Source: an uncultured Acidobacteriota bacterium (GTDB lineage: Bacteria > Acidobacteriota > Vicinamibacteria > Vicinamibacterales > Fen-181). Taken from it: a stretch of DNA of 64,000 nucleotides. The notes under the pieces were generated by a model. It saw only the letters and a list, made by a program, of their open reading frames with translations. It was not told the origin of the DNA and ran no database searches. Position 1 is the first letter of the stretch; every line of letters begins with the position of its first letter. Below, piece by piece: positions 43,691 through 53,846 of the stretch. The stretch lies in assembly GCA_963784455.1 (NCBI GenBank), contig CAWARN010000005.1, forward strand, positions 142,005 through 206,004, read 5' to 3'. The position numbers and the translations under genes are program-made.

Positions 43691-45007
43691 ATGCCTTCGT
43701 CCGACCGGACATCCCCTGGCGCCGCGCAGATCGGCTTCTGGATGGCGACGGCCCTCGTCGTCGGCAACGCGATCGGCTCGGGGATCTTCCTGCTGCCGCC
43801 GGCGCTCGCGCCGTTCGGGGCCGACAACGTCCCCGGCTGGTTGCTGACGGCCGGAGGTGCGATCGCCCTGGGCCTCGTGTTCGCGGCGCTCAGCCGCCAG
43901 GTGCCCGGCGCAGGCGGGCCGTACGTGTACACACGGGCGGCGTTCGGCGATCTCGCGGCCTTCACCGTGGCCTGGGCCTATTGGATTTCGATCTGGGTGG
44001 GCAACGCGGCCATCGCAACCAGCGCCGTTGGCTACTCGGGCGAGTTCTTCCCCTGGATGGTTACGACGCCGCTCAACACCGCGCTGTCGACGCTCGGATT
44101 CGTCTGGGCGCTGACGCTGGTGAACTGCGTCGGGATCCGCGCGGCGGGATGGGTGCAGGGCGTGACCACGCTGATCAAGCTCCTTCCGCTGGTCGCCGCC
44201 ATCGGCCTGCTCGCGTCCAGCGCCCCGTCGCTTGGCGCCACGGTGACGGTCGCGCCGCACTTCACGCTCAACGGCACGGCAGCCGTGGCCACGTTGGCGC
44301 TGTGGGCGATGCTCGGCATCGAATCGGCGACCATCCCGGCGGACAAGGTGACGGGCGCCGCAACCACCGTCCAGCGCGCGACCGTCGTCGGCACGGTCGT
44401 GACCGTCGCCCTGAGCGCGGCGGGATGCGCCGCCGTGCTCCTGCTCGTGCCTGGCCCGCAGCTCGCGGCCTCGACCGCGCCGTTCGCGACGCTCATTGGA
44501 GGAGCGTGGGGGCGCGGTGCCGCCGCGGCCGTGTCGTTCTGCGCCGCGACGAGCGCCCTCGGCGCGCTGAACGGCTGGATTCTCCTCCAGGGCGAACTCC
44601 CGCGCGCGATGGCGGCCGACGGGCTGTTCTTCCGGGCCTTCGGCAGAACGACGGCGCGGGGCACACCGGTCGCGGGCCTCCTCCTCACGAGCGGCCTCGC
44701 GACGATCCTGGTCCTGGTCAACGTGCACCGCACACTCGTCGGCGTGTTCACCTTCTTCGTGCTGCTCGCCACGACCGCGTCCCTGTTTGCGTACCTGGCG
44801 AGTTCGCTCGCGCTGATTCGCCTGAGGGCGCGCGATAGAACCAGCGGCCGGCGGTCCGGCCTGGCGCTGGGGATCCTGGGCTCCGCGGGAGCGGTCTACT
44901 CGATCGGCGCGCTTGCGGGCGCCGGGCGGGAAGCGGTGCTGTGGGGCGCGTTGCTGCTGGTGGCCGGCGTGCCGGTGTACGAAGGGCTCAGGCGAGCGCG
45001 GGTCTGA
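43691..45007 (+). CDS. APC superfamily amino acid permease (basic amino acid/polyamine antiporter-like)
   Basis: ORF 438 aa. FWMATALVVGNAIGSGIFLLPPALA, GPYVYTRAAFG, 12 TM helices. Confidence 0.9.
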   Translation: MPSSDRTSPGAAQIGFWMATALVVGNAIGSGIFLLPPALAPFGADNVPGWLLTAGGAIALGLVFAALSRQVPGAGGPYVYTRAAFGDLAAFTVAWAYWISIWVGNAAIATSAVGYSGEFFPWMVTTPLNTALSTLGFVWALTLVNCVGIRAAGWVQGVTTLIKLLPLVAAIGLLASSAPSLGATVTVAPHFTLNGTAAVATLALWAMLGIESATIPADKVTGAATTVQRATVVGTVVTVALSAAGCAAVLLLVPGPQLAASTAPFATLIGGAWGRGAAAAVSFCAATSALGALNGWILLQGELPRAMAADGLFFRAFGRTTARGTPVAGLLLTSGLATILVLVNVHRTLVGVFTFFVLLATTASLFAYLASSLALIRLRARDRTSGRRSGLALGILGSAGAVYSIGALAGAGREAVLWGALLLVAGVPVYEGLRRARV

Positions 45008-45010
45008 ACA

Positions 45011-45195
45011 GGAAACCGCGATGCTGACTCGCGGCCGGCTGGCGGGTCCTTACCTCCCTCGCCGCCTCCGCACCCCGGGAAACCGTCCTCGCTCTGGGCG
45101 GGTTTCCGATCTCCACACCCGCCTCGCGCTAAAGCCCTGGCTCGAGCGGCCGCGCAGCGGCGGGGGAAACCGGCCCACCCGCTCGTCGGTTTCCG
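45011..45195. repeat. Five copies of GGAAACCG / CGGTTTCC forming repeated hairpin modules in a convergent intergenic region
   Basis: GGAAACCG at 45011, 45078 and 45165; the complement CGGTTTCC-type at 45099..45108 and 45187..45195. Hairpins at 45076..45108 (imperfect) and 45165..45194 (perfect 8 bp). An additional CCGCGA/TCGCGG hairpin at 45016..45034 lies just after the permease stop. Confidence 0.6.
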
Positions 45196-45291
45196 AGTGG
45201 CGGTGACGGGCTGCTCCGAAGCGGCTCGTCCGGCAAGGGCCCGCCAGCCGGCCGCGATCCCGAATCGCTGTCTCCTGTGTGAAGACCCGCG

Positions 45292-47145
45292 CTACGACGA
45301 TGACGACGAGGTGAGCACACGCTCCAGCAGGGTGTTCAGCCGGCCCAGCATGGTCCTCGGGTCGTCGAGCAGCCCGGCCGCGACCCGTGCGTTGTCGAGG
45401 ACCTGCTCGGCCACCGTCGCCGCCAGCGCTTCGTCCGTCCGCCGCATCGCATCGAGCCGGACGATGACGATGTGCCGCGGGTTGATCTCGAGATCGAGCG
45501 TGGCGTCGGGCACCGCCGCCTTGTCCTTCTGCATCGCCTTGAGGACCCGGCGCATCCCGGCCGTGATCATGCGGTCGGCGTCCACCACGACGGCGGGGCT
45601 CGTCACGAGGCGCTTCGACGCGCGAACGGCACCGACGCGGTCGCCCAGCTTCTGCTTGAACCAGGCGGCGAGCGCCCCCGCCTCGGTCTCGCCGAGCGCG
45701 CCCTCTGCGGCCGGCGGCGCGACGATGTCGAGCTCGGCCTTCTCGGCGGCGCGGAGCGTCCTGCCGTCGACCTGGTGGAGGTGGTCCATCACGAACTCGT
45801 CCCACGGGTCGTCGAGGAAGAGCACCTCGTAGCCGCGCGACTTGAACACCTCGAAGTACGGGCTGCTCTCGGCGGCCTCGCGGTTCGGCGCGAGCAGGTA
45901 GAAGATCTCCTTCTGGTCGCCAGGCATCCGCTTCACGTAGTCCGCAAGCGACGTCAGCGTGCCCTTCTCCGTCACCGACGACTCGTAGCGGAGCAGCCGA
46001 CCGAGCGTTTCCCGCTGCGCGAAATCGGTCGCCACACCCTCCTTGATGAAGCGCGAGTGCTCGGCGTAGAACGTGTCGTAGAGCGCCGCGTCCTTCTCCG
46101 CGGTCTCCTCGAGGAACTTCAGGAAGCGGCTCGTCAGTGCCGTATTCAGCTTCTTCAGCAGCGCGCTGTCCTGCATCGTCTCCCGCGAGATGTTCAGCGG
46201 GAGGTCCTCGCTGTCGACGACGCCCTTCAGGAAGCGGAGCCATTCCGGGAAGAGGCCCTCGGCGTGGTCCTGGATGAGGACCCTGCGGCAGTAGAGGTTC
46301 ACGCCCGGTTCGATCCGGCCGAGGCCCATGTTCTCCAGGTTGTGTCTGGGGACGAAGAGCACGGCCTGGATGGCGAGCGGGGCGTCCGCCGTGAAGTGCA
46401 GCCGGAGCAGCGGGTCTTCGTGGTCGTGGCCCACGTACTGGTAGAACGCGTTGTAGTCGCCGTCGGTGATCTCGCTCCTGTTGCGGCTCCAGATGGCCTG
46501 GATCGTGTTGAGGTGAGAGCCGTTCAGTTCGATCGGAAACTGAATGAAGCTCGAGTACCGCTGCACGAGCCGCTTGACGTGATCCCCTTTGGCGAAGTCG
46601 CGCGCGTCCTCTTTCAGTTGGATGATCACCTGGGTGCCGCGCGGGACGAGCGGCGCGGGCTCGATCTCGAAGCCGCCGGCGTTCTCGCTGGTCCAGCGCC
46701 AGCCCTGCTCGTCAGGCCGGTAGGAGCGGCTGAGTACGGTGACCCGCGTCGCCACCATGAACGCCGAGTAGAACCCGACGCCGAACTGGCCGATGAGCCT
46801 GGCGTCCGGCTTCTTCTCCTCGGCGAGCTGCTTGAGAAAGGCCCGCGTGCCCGAATGCGCGATGGTGCCCAGATTCTCCACCATCTCGCCTTGTGTCATC
46901 CCGACGCCGGTGTCGGCGACGGTGATCGTCCCGGCCTTCTCGTCGGTCGTGATCGAGATGGCGGGCGCCGTGTCGGGCTGCGCGCTTTCGGTGCCCGACG
47001 ACTGGAGGAAGCGCAGGCGCTCGCACGCGTCCGCGGCATTGGAGATCAACTCGCGGACGAAGATGTCCCGGTCGGTGTACAGAGAGTGGATGACGATGTC
47101 CAGCAGTTGCTGGATCTCGGCCTGGAAGTGATGTCGCTCGCTCAT
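45292..47145 (-). CDS. htpG: Molecular chaperone HtpG (Hsp90)
   Basis: ORF 45292..47376. Start placed at ATG 47145 (MSERHHFQAEIQQLLDIVIHSLYTDRDIFVRELISNAADA, GHKL ATPase motifs). 617 aa, intact. Confidence 0.95.
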   Translation of the reverse strand: MSERHHFQAEIQQLLDIVIHSLYTDRDIFVRELISNAADACERLRFLQSSGTESAQPDTAPAISITTDEKAGTITVADTGVGMTQGEMVENLGTIAHSGTRAFLKQLAEEKKPDARLIGQFGVGFYSAFMVATRVTVLSRSYRPDEQGWRWTSENAGGFEIEPAPLVPRGTQVIIQLKEDARDFAKGDHVKRLVQRYSSFIQFPIELNGSHLNTIQAIWSRNRSEITDGDYNAFYQYVGHDHEDPLLRLHFTADAPLAIQAVLFVPRHNLENMGLGRIEPGVNLYCRRVLIQDHAEGLFPEWLRFLKGVVDSEDLPLNISRETMQDSALLKKLNTALTSRFLKFLEETAEKDAALYDTFYAEHSRFIKEGVATDFAQRETLGRLLRYESSVTEKGTLTSLADYVKRMPGDQKEIFYLLAPNREAAESSPYFEVFKSRGYEVLFLDDPWDEFVMDHLHQVDGRTLRAAEKAELDIVAPPAAEGALGETEAGALAAWFKQKLGDRVGAVRASKRLVTSPAVVVDADRMITAGMRRVLKAMQKDKAAVPDATLDLEINPRHIVIVRLDAMRRTDEALAATVAEQVLDNARVAAGLLDDPRTMLGRLNTLLERVLTSSSSS

Positions 47146-47155
47146 GGATCCTCTG

Positions 47156-47183
47156 ATTAGCGGAAGTAGGGCAGGAGAGTCAA
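47156..47183 (-). promoter_or_regulatory. Candidate promoter of htpG
   Basis: Minus strand CTTGACT (-35, 47183..47178), 16 nt spacer, GCTAAT (-10, 47161..47156), about 10 nt before the ATG. Sequence match only. Confidence 0.3.
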
Positions 47184-47269
47184 GCCCGGACGGCTGGGGT
47201 TGTGAGGCGGCCGACCGAGTTGGTCGGGGTTGCGCTCCGCGCAAAGAGTATCGTATGGTGCTAGGAGGC

Positions 47270-47806
47270 ATGTCGAGCAGCAAGACGTTCGATCGACGAC
47301 GGGTCACCGGCGCAGGGGACCTGGCGAGGCGGGTGATCCACGCCGCCGGGCGCCTGGCTTTCTGGGCGCTCGTCACGTTCCACGTCGGTCTGTTCGCCGT
47401 TCACGTTATCCAGGGCAGGCTGTTCGAACCCGAGACGGCCGGCCGTTGGATCGTGGCCGTCCTGCTCCTCGCCGGATTCCGCAGACTCAGCCACCTCGGT
47501 CTGCCGCTCGTGTTCGGCCAGCGCGCCGTCGTGCTCTGGCTGCTCGTCATCCTGCTTCACTGCCATGCGGGATGGGCGAACGGCTCGACGAGCCTCCACC
47601 TTGCGGTGCCGGAGACGCTGGGCGCGTTGAGCCAGCTGACCGGGTCGCTCACCGTGCTGGGCGCGCTGCTTGTCGTTCTGCTGGTCGCGCTGCAGAGGCT
47701 GCGGCGCGACGGACGCGCGGCGTTTGCCTCGCCGGTGATTCTCGCCGGCCTCGCGTCGCCGGGCTTCGCCTTCCCATTCGCCCCCCGTCCTCCTCCCCTC
47801 GCGTAG
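47270..47806 (+). CDS. Hypothetical membrane protein (4-5 TM)
   Basis: ORF 47144..47806. ATG 47270 is preceded by AGGAGG. AFWALVTFHVGLFAVHVI, WIVAVLLLAGF, VVLWLLVILLH, LTVLGALLVVLLVAL. Confidence 0.6.
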   Translation: MSSSKTFDRRRVTGAGDLARRVIHAAGRLAFWALVTFHVGLFAVHVIQGRLFEPETAGRWIVAVLLLAGFRRLSHLGLPLVFGQRAVVLWLLVILLHCHAGWANGSTSLHLAVPETLGALSQLTGSLTVLGALLVVLLVALQRLRRDGRAAFASPVILAGLASPGFAFPFAPRPPPLA

Positions 47807-47882
47807 CTTCCACCCTCCGCGTTGATCTCTCTTGCGGTGCCCGGCCTCCGCCGGCGTGCACCCGTTCTCCTGGTGGAGTGCT

Positions 47883-48611
47883 ATGACTTCGGGATCTTCC
47901 CTGTATTGGATTCACTACCTTCCGGTGCTGACGACGGCCGTCGCGGCTGCGTTCAGCACGGTTCTGTTCGCGAAGTGGCGCCGGCAGCCGTCGCCGCACC
48001 TGCTCTGGTGGGCGATTGGCGTGGCGTTCTACGGGCTCGGCACGCTCGTCGAGGCGACGATCACGCTGACGGGCAACAGCGTATTCCTGACGAAAGCGTG
48101 GTACGTCGCCGGCGCCGTCCTGGGAGGCTATCCGCTGGCCCAGGGTTCGCTCTACCTCTCGTACTCGCGCTCGACGGCGCGTTGGGCCACCGCGATCAGT
48201 CTGCCGATTGTCGTGGCGGCCAGCGTGCTGGTCGTGCTGTCGCCGGTCGACCTGACGCGATTCGAACTGCACCGGCCCTCCGGCGCCATCCTGGCCTGGC
48301 GGTGGGTGCGGCTGATGACGCCGTTCATCAACGGTTACGCGGCGTTCTTCCTCATCGGCGGCGCCGCCGTCAGCGCGTGGCGCTTCTGGCAGTCGGGCGG
48401 CGCCGGCAACCGGGCGGCGGGCAATGCGCTCATCGCCGTGGGGGCGCTGCTGCCGGGCATCGGCGGGTCCATGGCCAAGGCCGGGATTGTCGAGGCCCTC
48501 TATGTCGGCGAGTGCGTCGGTCTCCTGTTGATCTGGCTCGGCGAGCGAACATGCGCGTGGCGACCGACCTCGGTCCGGGTCGCCGCCGAAGCCGAGCTTC
48601 CGGTTCGATAA
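47883..48611 (+). CDS. Hypothetical membrane protein (about 6 TM)
   Basis: ORF 47832..48611. ATG 47883 is preceded by GGTGGAG. YWIHYLPVLTTAVAAAFSTVLF, LLWWAIGVAFYGLGTLV, and other TM segments. Confidence 0.6.
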   Translation: MTSGSSLYWIHYLPVLTTAVAAAFSTVLFAKWRRQPSPHLLWWAIGVAFYGLGTLVEATITLTGNSVFLTKAWYVAGAVLGGYPLAQGSLYLSYSRSTARWATAISLPIVVAASVLVVLSPVDLTRFELHRPSGAILAWRWVRLMTPFINGYAAFFLIGGAAVSAWRFWQSGGAGNRAAGNALIAVGALLPGIGGSMAKAGIVEALYVGECVGLLLIWLGERTCAWRPTSVRVAAEAELPVR

Positions 48612-48658
48612 CGTCCGGCGGCGCCGAGCGGCCCGCCGTTTCTCGATGAATTGAGCAT

Positions 48659-51298
48659 ATGCGTACAGCAATTCTGTTTTGGCTCGGTGTGGCTCTGGCC
48701 GTCCTTGGCGCGTCAGCCGCCGAGGCGGGCGAGGTCGTCGGCAAGGCCGCCGACGCCACCGGGGCGGCGCTTCCCGCCGCGGTCGTCACGCTTCGAAACG
48801 AGGCGACCGGCGTCGAGCAGGTCGTTCGGACGGATGACCATGGTCAGTTTCGGTTTGCGGAGGTTCCGGCGGGCCGGTACCTGATTGCCGCGGAGTCTGC
48901 CGGCCTGGCGCGCGGGACGACGACCGTCGTCGTGACCGACGGGTCGGCGACGCCCGCCGTCTCGTTTGCCCTTCTGCCCGGGAACGTGGAGATGGGGGTG
49001 ACGGTGACGGCGACGCGCAGCGAGCGGGCGGCGGATCTGGTCCCGCTGCGGACCGACACGTTGAGTCGCGAGAGGCTGCAGGCCGCCTCGTCGCTGTCGA
49101 CCGGCGACGCGCTGGTGATGGCGCCCGGCGTGACGCCGGTCGGCAGCGGCCCGATGCAGGTGCGGCCGCGGCTGCGCGGCCTCGATTCGACGCGCGTGCT
49201 CGTCCTTGTGGATGGCGAGCGGCTGAACAACGCGCGGACGGCGACTGACCGCTCGGGCACCGAGGTCGGCCTGGTCGACCTGGACAGCGTGGAGAAGCTC
49301 GAGATCGCCAGCGGCGCGGGCTCGGTGCTCTACGGGACCGACGCGCTGTCGGGCACCGTCAACATCCTCACGAGCCAGCCGCGGTTCACCGACACGGTGT
49401 CGATGAACTACGGCCTCGACGGGTTCTTCAGCTCGAACGAGAACGGGCGGCGCGGCACGGTGCGGCTGGGGGCGACGGGCAAGCGGTTCGCGCTGCAGTT
49501 CTCGGCGGGCCTCGAGGCCTACGACAACTACCGCGCGGGCGCCGCCGGCGCCAGCGAGAACACCACCCCGTTCTTCACGAGCGGCCAGATCAAGAACGTC
49601 GACACGATCGACTCGAACTTCGGCTTCTCCTTCAAGGCGTTTCCCGACCCGTTCAACGCGCCCTATGTCCGCTCGTCGTCCACGATTCCGACGTCCGGCG
49701 CCGAGGGGAACCATGTCCGCGCCAGCGGCCTGTTCGCGCTGACCCCGAACTCGACGTTGCAGGTGGCCTACAGCCGCCGCCACATGAACAACGTCGGCTT
49801 TCCCGACTTCGAGCAGCCGGTCTTCTTCTCGCGCGTCACGCTGCCGCTCGACAACTTCGACCGCGCGTCCGCGAAGTACGAGGCGCGCTCCATCACATCC
49901 TGGTTCACGAACCTGAAGGTCACCGGTTACTACCAGGACCAGCGGCGCCTGCTCAGGAACGAGTTCCCGGTGCAGTTCCCGGTGCCGTCGCCGGCGTTCT
50001 TCCCGATCAACGTCTACCGGCTGAACCTGGCGACCGAGACCGAGCAACACGTGACCACGCCGGGGCTCGACGCGCAGGCGACGTTCGTGCCGGCGCGACG
50101 CCACGTGATCACCGCCGGCCTGATGGCGTACTCGGACGCCAGCCAGGACAGCCGGACCAACAGCACGCAGACCACGATCATCGGCAACGTGGCGATGGGG
50201 GCGCGCGGACCGCAGGCCAACGTGTTCGCTTCGCCGCAGGTGCAGGGCGCGCCGTCGATCACGCACCCGGTGCGGGTGCCGAACGCCTCGTTCAGCGACG
50301 TGGGGATCTTCGCGCAGGACGAATGGCAGGTGGCGTCGGCGCTGAGCCTCGTGGCCGGCGCGCGCGTCGACCAGTACCGGGTGGTGTCGACGGCGACGCC
50401 CGGCTACGAAATCGACTCGCTCCTGGTCGGCGCCAACCCGCCGATTCCCACCGAGTCGCTCCCGAATCAGAACGGCGATCGCGTGTCCCGGGCGGCCTTC
50501 ACGGGGGACGTGGGCGTGGTCTACCGGCTGACCTCGTCTGCGGTGCTGCGCGCCCGATACGGCCGCAGCTACCGGCACCCCAACCTCGAGGAAATGCTCT
50601 TCTCGGGGCCGGCGACCGTGGGCTCAATCGTCCCGAACATGGCGGTGAAGCCCGAGGTGGGAGACAACGTCGACGTCGGCGCCAAGTTCACGTTCAAGCG
50701 CGTCGCGGCGTCGGTGTCGTACTTCAACAACACGTATCACGGGTTCATCTCGACCGAGATCGTGTCCCAGACCCCGTCAGGACCGCTGTCGCAGGCGATC
50801 AACTTCAGCGACGTCCGCATCCACGGCATCGAGGCCGAGATTGACGCGCCGGTGGTGCTCCGGCCGGGCGTGGTCACGTTCTTCGGGAACACGGCGCTCA
50901 CCCGCGGGACCGTGCTGGCGGGCGAGAATCCGCTGACCGGCGCCTCGCTGGCCGGCACGCCACAGGACAACATCTCGCCGTTCAAGCTCGTCGCCGGCGT
51001 GCGGTTCAACGACGCGCACGACCGGTGGTGGGTGGAGTACGGCGTCCGCCATCAGGCTGAGGTCCAGCGGGTGGCCGTCACGCTGATCGACTCGCCCTAC
51101 CTGATTCCGCAGGACCTGCTCGGGCTGAACGGGTTCACCGTGCAGCGGATGTCCGGGGGCGTCAACTTCCGGCCGCGCGGCGGCCGCCTCGGGCTCGTGT
51201 TCGCGGTGGAGAACCTGACCGATCGCTACTACCGTGAGCAGTTCCAGTTCGCACCGGCCCGCGGCCGGAGCTTCACCGTGGCGTTCCACGTCCGCTGA
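48659..51298 (+). CDS. TonB-dependent outer-membrane receptor with N-terminal carboxypeptidase-regulatory-like domain
   Basis: ORF 879 aa. Signal peptide; CarboxypepD_reg (GKAADATGAALPAAVVTLRNEATG..TDDHGQFRFAEVPAGRY); plug (GLDSTRVLVLVDGERLNN, SGAGSVLYGTDALSGTVNILT); long beta-barrel. Confidence 0.9.
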   Translation: MRTAILFWLGVALAVLGASAAEAGEVVGKAADATGAALPAAVVTLRNEATGVEQVVRTDDHGQFRFAEVPAGRYLIAAESAGLARGTTTVVVTDGSATPAVSFALLPGNVEMGVTVTATRSERAADLVPLRTDTLSRERLQAASSLSTGDALVMAPGVTPVGSGPMQVRPRLRGLDSTRVLVLVDGERLNNARTATDRSGTEVGLVDLDSVEKLEIASGAGSVLYGTDALSGTVNILTSQPRFTDTVSMNYGLDGFFSSNENGRRGTVRLGATGKRFALQFSAGLEAYDNYRAGAAGASENTTPFFTSGQIKNVDTIDSNFGFSFKAFPDPFNAPYVRSSSTIPTSGAEGNHVRASGLFALTPNSTLQVAYSRRHMNNVGFPDFEQPVFFSRVTLPLDNFDRASAKYEARSITSWFTNLKVTGYYQDQRRLLRNEFPVQFPVPSPAFFPINVYRLNLATETEQHVTTPGLDAQATFVPARRHVITAGLMAYSDASQDSRTNSTQTTIIGNVAMGARGPQANVFASPQVQGAPSITHPVRVPNASFSDVGIFAQDEWQVASALSLVAGARVDQYRVVSTATPGYEIDSLLVGANPPIPTESLPNQNGDRVSRAAFTGDVGVVYRLTSSAVLRARYGRSYRHPNLEEMLFSGPATVGSIVPNMAVKPEVGDNVDVGAKFTFKRVAASVSYFNNTYHGFISTEIVSQTPSGPLSQAINFSDVRIHGIEAEIDAPVVLRPGVVTFFGNTALTRGTVLAGENPLTGASLAGTPQDNISPFKLVAGVRFNDAHDRWWVEYGVRHQAEVQRVAVTLIDSPYLIPQDLLGLNGFTVQRMSGGVNFRPRGGRLGLVFAVENLTDRYYREQFQFAPARGRSFTVAFHVR

Positions 51299-51366
51299 GT
51301 GCTTCGACTCGCAATCACGGCCACGGACGGCTTTGGGTACACGTGGCCGGCTGCGCTCGCTCAGCA

Positions 51367-51420
51367 CTCAGTCCTGAGGGCACAAGTCACGTCGCCGTGT
51401 TTGTGCATCGAAGGACTGAG
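51367..51420 (+). other. Nested imperfect hairpin downstream of the TonB-dependent receptor gene
   Basis: Outer stem CTCAGTCCT (51367..51375) / AGGACTGAG (51412..51420). Inner stem GCACAA (51380..51385) / TTGTGC (51401..51406). No U tract. Confidence 0.3.
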
Positions 51421-51519
51421 CGGCGGCGAGTTCAGGGCGGCTTTTCGACCCGCCCGCTCGCGCGACTCGCGCATCGGTTAGCCTCCGGAGCGGGGATGCC
51501 GGAGTGGTATTATCCGATC

Positions 51520-52779
51520 ATGGCTCGCAGCCCCCGTCTCGCACCGCCCCTGCGCGTTGCCGTACTGCTGTCGGCACTCACGCTCGTCGTCAGCGCCGCC
51601 GAGCCTTCACGCATCGTGGCCATCGGCGACGTGCACGGCGCGTTCACTGAGTTCACAACCCTCCTGCAGCGGGTGGGGCTCATCGATGCCAAACGCCGCT
51701 GGACCGGAGGCACGACAACGTTCGTCCAGGTCGGCGACCTGCTGGATCGCGGCGCCCGCACGCGCGAGTGCCTCGACCTCGTCATGGACCTCGAACGGCA
51801 AGCGGAGAAGGCCGGGGGAAAGGTCGTGCCGCTGCTCGGCAATCACGAGGCGATGAATCTGATGGGCGATCTGCGGTACGTGACGCCTGAGATCTATCGC
51901 ACGTTTGCGACCGACCGCTCCGAAGACGTCCGCGCCCAGGCGCTCCAGAGCTACGCCGAGTTCCTCTCCGCGCACGTCGGGCACGTTCACAGCCTCCTCG
52001 TGCCTGCCGGCGACGCGGCGAGGAAGAAGTGGCTGGACAACCACCCGCTCGGCTACTTCGAGTATCGGGACGCGTTCGCTTCCGACGGCAAGTACGGCCG
52101 CTGGATACGCCGCCATCAGGCCATTGTCCAGATCGGGGACGGGCTGTTCGTGCACGGCGGCCTGTATCCCGCGCTGCCGTTCGAGAGCGCCGCCGCGCTG
52201 GACGTGAAGGTCCACGCCGAACTGGAGGGGTTCGACGAACTGTGGCAGGCGCTCTCTCGGGCGAAGGTGATCTGGCGCTACATGACGCTGATCGAGGCCC
52301 TCGCACAGGTCGAGGAAGAGCAGAAGTGGATGCAGGCGCAGGCCGCTCCTCCCGATCCAGTGATCACCGGGCATATCCAGAAGCTGCTCAGCTACCGCCA
52401 GTGGATGGTGGCTTCGTCGGACGGACCGCTGTGGTACCGCGGTCTGACCACGGAAACGGAACCGGCGGTGGCCGCCGGACTCGACGCGCTGTTCGCGCGG
52501 TTCGGCGCGCGCTACGCGGTAGTCGGGCACACGGTCCAGGCGAAGGCGACGGTGACGGAGTGGCTGGCCAACCGGGTGATCGCGATCGACACCGGCATGC
52601 TGCCGGAGGCGTACAAGGGGCGGGGGTCCGCCCTCGAGATCAAGGACGGGCGATTCACGGTCATCTATGGAGACGGGACGACCCAGCCGCTCCAGGCGCC
52701 CGCGCCGCTGACGGTCAAAGCGCCCACGCCCTATAGCGGCAGCCAGGTTCCAAGGCCTCGCGCGGCCGCTCTGCGATAG
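51520..52779 (+). CDS. Secreted calcineurin-like metallophosphoesterase
   Basis: ORF 51343..52779. Motifs GDVHG, GDLLDRG, GNHE, VHGG. Signal peptide from ATG 51520 (MARSPRLAPPLRVAVLLSALTLVVSAA); ATG 51496 is also possible. Confidence 0.8.
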   Translation: MARSPRLAPPLRVAVLLSALTLVVSAAEPSRIVAIGDVHGAFTEFTTLLQRVGLIDAKRRWTGGTTTFVQVGDLLDRGARTRECLDLVMDLERQAEKAGGKVVPLLGNHEAMNLMGDLRYVTPEIYRTFATDRSEDVRAQALQSYAEFLSAHVGHVHSLLVPAGDAARKKWLDNHPLGYFEYRDAFASDGKYGRWIRRHQAIVQIGDGLFVHGGLYPALPFESAAALDVKVHAELEGFDELWQALSRAKVIWRYMTLIEALAQVEEEQKWMQAQAAPPDPVITGHIQKLLSYRQWMVASSDGPLWYRGLTTETEPAVAAGLDALFARFGARYAVVGHTVQAKATVTEWLANRVIAIDTGMLPEAYKGRGSALEIKDGRFTVIYGDGTTQPLQAPAPLTVKAPTPYSGSQVPRPRAAALR

Positions 52780-53705
52780 ACCTCCGGGGCGACGGCCATG
52801 TCGTCGAGCGCCAGTCCGAGGTTGATGGCGATGGTCCGCTGTCTGGCGTCGGCGCGCCCCGTCTTGATCCCCGCCACCAGTTCGCCGAGATCGGCGTCGG
52901 GATCGGGCGTGTGCTGGAAGTACCCGACGCGGCGGTAGTACTGGAACTGGGCATGGTCGTCGGTCGTCAGCCGGTCGAATTCGGCCAGTGCGGCCGGCGA
53001 CCAGTAGCTGTCGAAATCCACCGCGCTCGCGAATCCGCCTGGCTTCAGCCATCCCGGCTGAATGGTGGGAACCGGCTGCCGGAGGATCGGGCCGGATGTG
53101 ACGACGATGTCGCTTTCGGCGACGGCCGTGCGCGCGTCGTCGACACCCGAGATTTCAATGCCGATCTTCCGACCCATCTCCTCGACGAACAGGCGCTGCA
53201 CGTCCGGCGCGATGTCGTACGCCAGCGCCCGCTTCACCGGGAACTCGAGCGCCAATGCCTCGAGGTGCGTGCGCCCCTGGACGCCGCACGCCAGAATGCC
53301 CACGGTCCCGCTCTCCGGTCGTGCCAGGTATCGCGCCGACAGCGCGGAGGCGGCGGCCGTGCGGCAGGCCGTGATCCAGGTGCAGTCCATCACGGCGTAG
53401 GGGAGGCCGGTGTCGACGTCGTTGAGGACGATCAGCCCGCTGATGTACGGCAGGCCGGCTGCGCGGTTCTCGGGATAGCCGCTCACCCATTTCACGCCGG
53501 CCGCCCGCATGGCGGGAATGAAGGCGGGCATCGCGTGGATGAACGCGTCCGGCTTGGTGTGAATGCCCGGCTTGGGCGGCATCTCGACGCGCCCGTGCCC
53601 CTTTTCTCGGAATGCGGCCTCGAGCAGATCGATGATCGTTCGGGGCTCGAGCCCGACGCTGGCCACGTCGGTGGCGGAGAGGTAGAGCAGTTTCTGAGCG
53701 TCCAT
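52731..53705 (-). CDS. Ornithine cyclodeaminase / mu-crystallin family protein
   Basis: ORF 324 aa. Rossmann GILACGVQGRTHLEAL. Family-typical N-terminal region. Intact. Confidence 0.85.
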   Translation of the reverse strand: MDAQKLLYLSATDVASVGLEPRTIIDLLEAAFREKGHGRVEMPPKPGIHTKPDAFIHAMPAFIPAMRAAGVKWVSGYPENRAAGLPYISGLIVLNDVDTGLPYAVMDCTWITACRTAAASALSARYLARPESGTVGILACGVQGRTHLEALALEFPVKRALAYDIAPDVQRLFVEEMGRKIGIEISGVDDARTAVAESDIVVTSGPILRQPVPTIQPGWLKPGGFASAVDFDSYWSPAALAEFDRLTTDDHAQFQYYRRVGYFQHTPDPDADLGELVAGIKTGRADARQRTIAINLGLALDDMAVAPEVYRRAAARGLGTWLPL

Positions 53706-53846
53706 GCGGAGCGCCCCTACTATATCCCTTTCCCACCAGCCCGCTTTGTGCCTCCGCTCCGCCAGGTTTCGTTGTGCCCGGCTTGGCCGGCCTGTATCAT
53801 GGTTGATGGCCCGGCCTTGCGGTGCCGCTCAAGGGAGAAACGTCGA

